NCBI GenBank assembly: GCA_016189945.1
Contig: JACPRN010000047.1
Location: 1 to 44,693, forward strand
Origin: Betaproteobacteria bacterium
GTDB taxonomy: Bacteria; Pseudomonadota; Gammaproteobacteria; Burkholderiales; SG8-39
Reading direction: 5' to 3'
DNA length: 44,693 bases
Shown: positions 44,001 to 44,693 of the stretch, piece by piece
Position numbering within the stretch: position 1 is the stretch's first letter
How the letters are laid out: each line of letters begins with the position of its first letter
Program-made: the position numbers and the translations under genes
Notes under the pieces: generated by a model
Seen by the model: only the letters and a program-made list of their open reading frames with translations
What the model was told of the DNA's origin: nothing
The model's database searches: none

Positions 44001-44693
44001 TCCCGTGAGGCTGGGCGTGACGCTGGGCGCGACGCTGTAGATGAAGCCGTTGCCGCTGCCTGGGCCGGAATAGGCGCTTCCGCTGTATGCAAGCCCGTAG
44101 TGCTTGAAGTTGTAGGCGAGACCCCCTTTCGTGTCTGCGCTCGGATTGGTCGAATATACGATCCAGCGGCCGTTGGGAGCCGAGAGCGCGGTGGCGCCCG
44201 CGTTGTTGACGAAATTGCCCGAGGCGGCAAGAACCAATGCGTCGCTTGTTCCGGAAGCGGCGAGCGCGGTGCCGCTGTTGAGCGTCACATTGCCGCCGGC
44301 AGCTTTGCCAAATATCGATGTCCCGGAAATCGAATCCAGGGCGAGCGCACCCGCGCTGGCGGTGAGCGACACCGGGCCGTTGACCGCCAGCGCTCCCGGG
44401 GCGAGGTTGCCGCTCGCTTGGGTGATCGACAATCCGCTGAAGGTGCCGCCGATCGTGCCGCCGGTCTTCGCGAAGCTGTTGCTGATAGTCAGATTGCCCG
44501 TTCCGGTCAAGGTACCCCCGGACAGGCTCACGTTGGCGAGGCTCGAGGTCGCTCCGTTGATCGCAAGCGTCCCGCCCTCGACGCTCGCGCTCCCCGTGCC
44601 GCTCAGAGCGCCGTTCAACTGGGTGCTGCCGGTGCCGGAGACGGTGAGCGTGCCGTCCAGCGAGGTGTTTCCTCCGACGGCGAGCGAACCGCC
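41076..44693 (-). CDS. Giant filamentous-haemagglutinin-like exoprotein with YDG-domain repeats (5' end outside window)
   Basis: The frame stays open from stop 41076 to the window edge. The M at 44618 in the track is an internal TTG Leu codon. Contains Gly/Thr/Ser/Ala beta-helix-type repeats, five YDG modules and a Lys/Glu-rich C-terminal tail ending APVCN. Confidence 0.9.
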   Translation of the reverse strand, partial: GGSLAVGGNTSLDGTLTVSGTGSTQLNGALSGTGSASVEGGTLAINGATSSLANVSLSGGTLTGTGNLTISNSFAKTGGTIGGTFSGLSITQASGNLAPGALAVNGPVSLTASAGALALDSISGTSIFGKAAGGNVTLNSGTALAASGTSDALVLAASGNFVNNAGATALSAPNGRWIVYSTNPSADTKGGLAYNFKHYGLAYSGSAYSGPGSGNGFIYSVAPSVTPSLTGTVSKVYDGTTAATLAASNFAVSGALDGDTIALDNPTTGSYADRHTGSSKSVSTTVALTGASNGAATVYGYQLASTTASGAVGEITPRPLLLSAAPDSKVYDATTNSTGTVTAAGLVGEDSFTSAGQAFDSKNAGARTLSVNSGYSVSDGHPVAAGSNYAVTTATASGSITPFGLSVSGVTAKNRVYDASTAAPLDSTAASLVGVFAGDAVALNIGSGSFADKNVATAKPVTVTGTALSGADAGNYTVANPTGLSADITKAPLAVSAAGVNRTYDATTGATVNLADNRFAGDALALAYGSAAFADKNAGTGKPVSVSGITVTGTDAGNYSFNTAATATANITPAALTVTASGVNRNYDGTTIASANLSDNRFAGDALTPTYASAAFADKNAGTGKAVTVSGIALSGADAGNYAPASTSASTTGNITVRPLSTWTGSANSLWSNPANWDALPDGSNVLAVSIPSGSGQVIYDATAGSTNLQNLNSAQTLALAGGTLAIGGALSTTGYAQSGGALAGNGTLNVSGSFSQTGGTIAVGGTAAITQATGNLQVGSLSAPAVMLTAQNGAITQSAPLVASSLITQSLAGTSLADAGNRIGSFSATNSGSGNVVLTNSGTLTIAGIGNANGNITVDNTGAVTTTGAISAPNGSVSIQAGSPLAIGTGGVSAGGSISLVAGATSASNDLLTISGPISTTASTGSVTLFAADGISQSANVSTGGCGVTATAQAGDIVMALGATTSTNGGAIAYAAPSGNIVLTSLNAGSGAVSVDAGGNITVAAGFDGANLIGESALIAARGNAYLSTQVSSLVEKIEGDYAIRDVITGKVNTGEEVLEIQPKATVLVASQVVTTIVAASEQKPAKAAAETAPPPAPVPSSISPTGLLTLTDTGMTIGGTEGTFGGSLTPAAAAPAPSAEGEKPAVEKTAAIKPIEDKAAEAKKEEAKKDEAKKDDEKKKKEQETTAKKEDKKAAAKKAPVCN
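42721..44035 (-). repeat. Five tandem YDG-domain coding modules (85-95 codons each) inside the exoprotein gene
   Basis: Modules centred on KVYDGTT, KVYDATT, NRVYDAST, NRTYDATT and NRNYDGTT, mostly opening with ITPxxL. The last two (about 42721-43270) are also clearly similar at DNA level, e.g. gccggtgccggc(g/a)ttcttgtccgc(a/g)aa(c/t)gccgc. Confidence 0.8.

Overview
High-GC bacterial chromosomal window. Spot counts of single 60-nt lines give about 68% GC in core genes and about 55-58% around 17.0 kb. Gene content (two Bug/TctC-type receptors, a clear ompR-envZ pair, a PcaR-like IclR regulator) suggests a betaproteobacterium, but that is inference only.

Layout:
(1) 397-7662 (+): tightly coupled operon mixing a NitT/TauT-type ABC importer (ATPase, permease, binding protein) with an enoyl-CoA hydratase, a family III CoA-transferase, an acyl-CoA dehydrogenase and a split TPP decarboxylase.
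(2) 7745-10634: two tiny exported acidic paralogs, divergent from an OmpR-type response regulator and histidine kinase.
(3) 10682-15311 (-): four-gene MacAB/DevCBA-like exporter (adaptor, ATPase, two FtsX permeases).
(4) 15609-21060 (+): lower-GC block with an AAA/DUF4143 ATPase, an exported hypothetical protein, a metzincin protease and a CHRD-repeat lipoprotein.
(5) 21160-34398: two UbiD decarboxylases, IclR, a MaoC hydratase pair, an acyl-CoA ligase, two Bug receptors, a stand-alone Mo-bisPGD oxidoreductase and an AOR-family enzyme.
(6) 34417-37353 (-): hybrid sensor kinase.
(7) 37583-40162: small exported protein plus ompR-envZ.
(8) 40330-44693 (-): FecR-domain protein downstream of a 5'-truncated giant YDG-repeat exoprotein.

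I saw no rRNA, tRNA, CRISPR array, transposase or integrase.

Two signals are not explained by ordinary gene annotation. First, seven dispersed copies of a roughly 100-nt intergenic element are built around a 22-25 bp hairpin whose arms co-vary between copies. Second, two in-frame TAA codons 8 codons apart interrupt an otherwise intact 860-codon molybdopterin oxidoreductase gene. Many long ORFs in the supplied track are GC-rich shadow frames and were not called.
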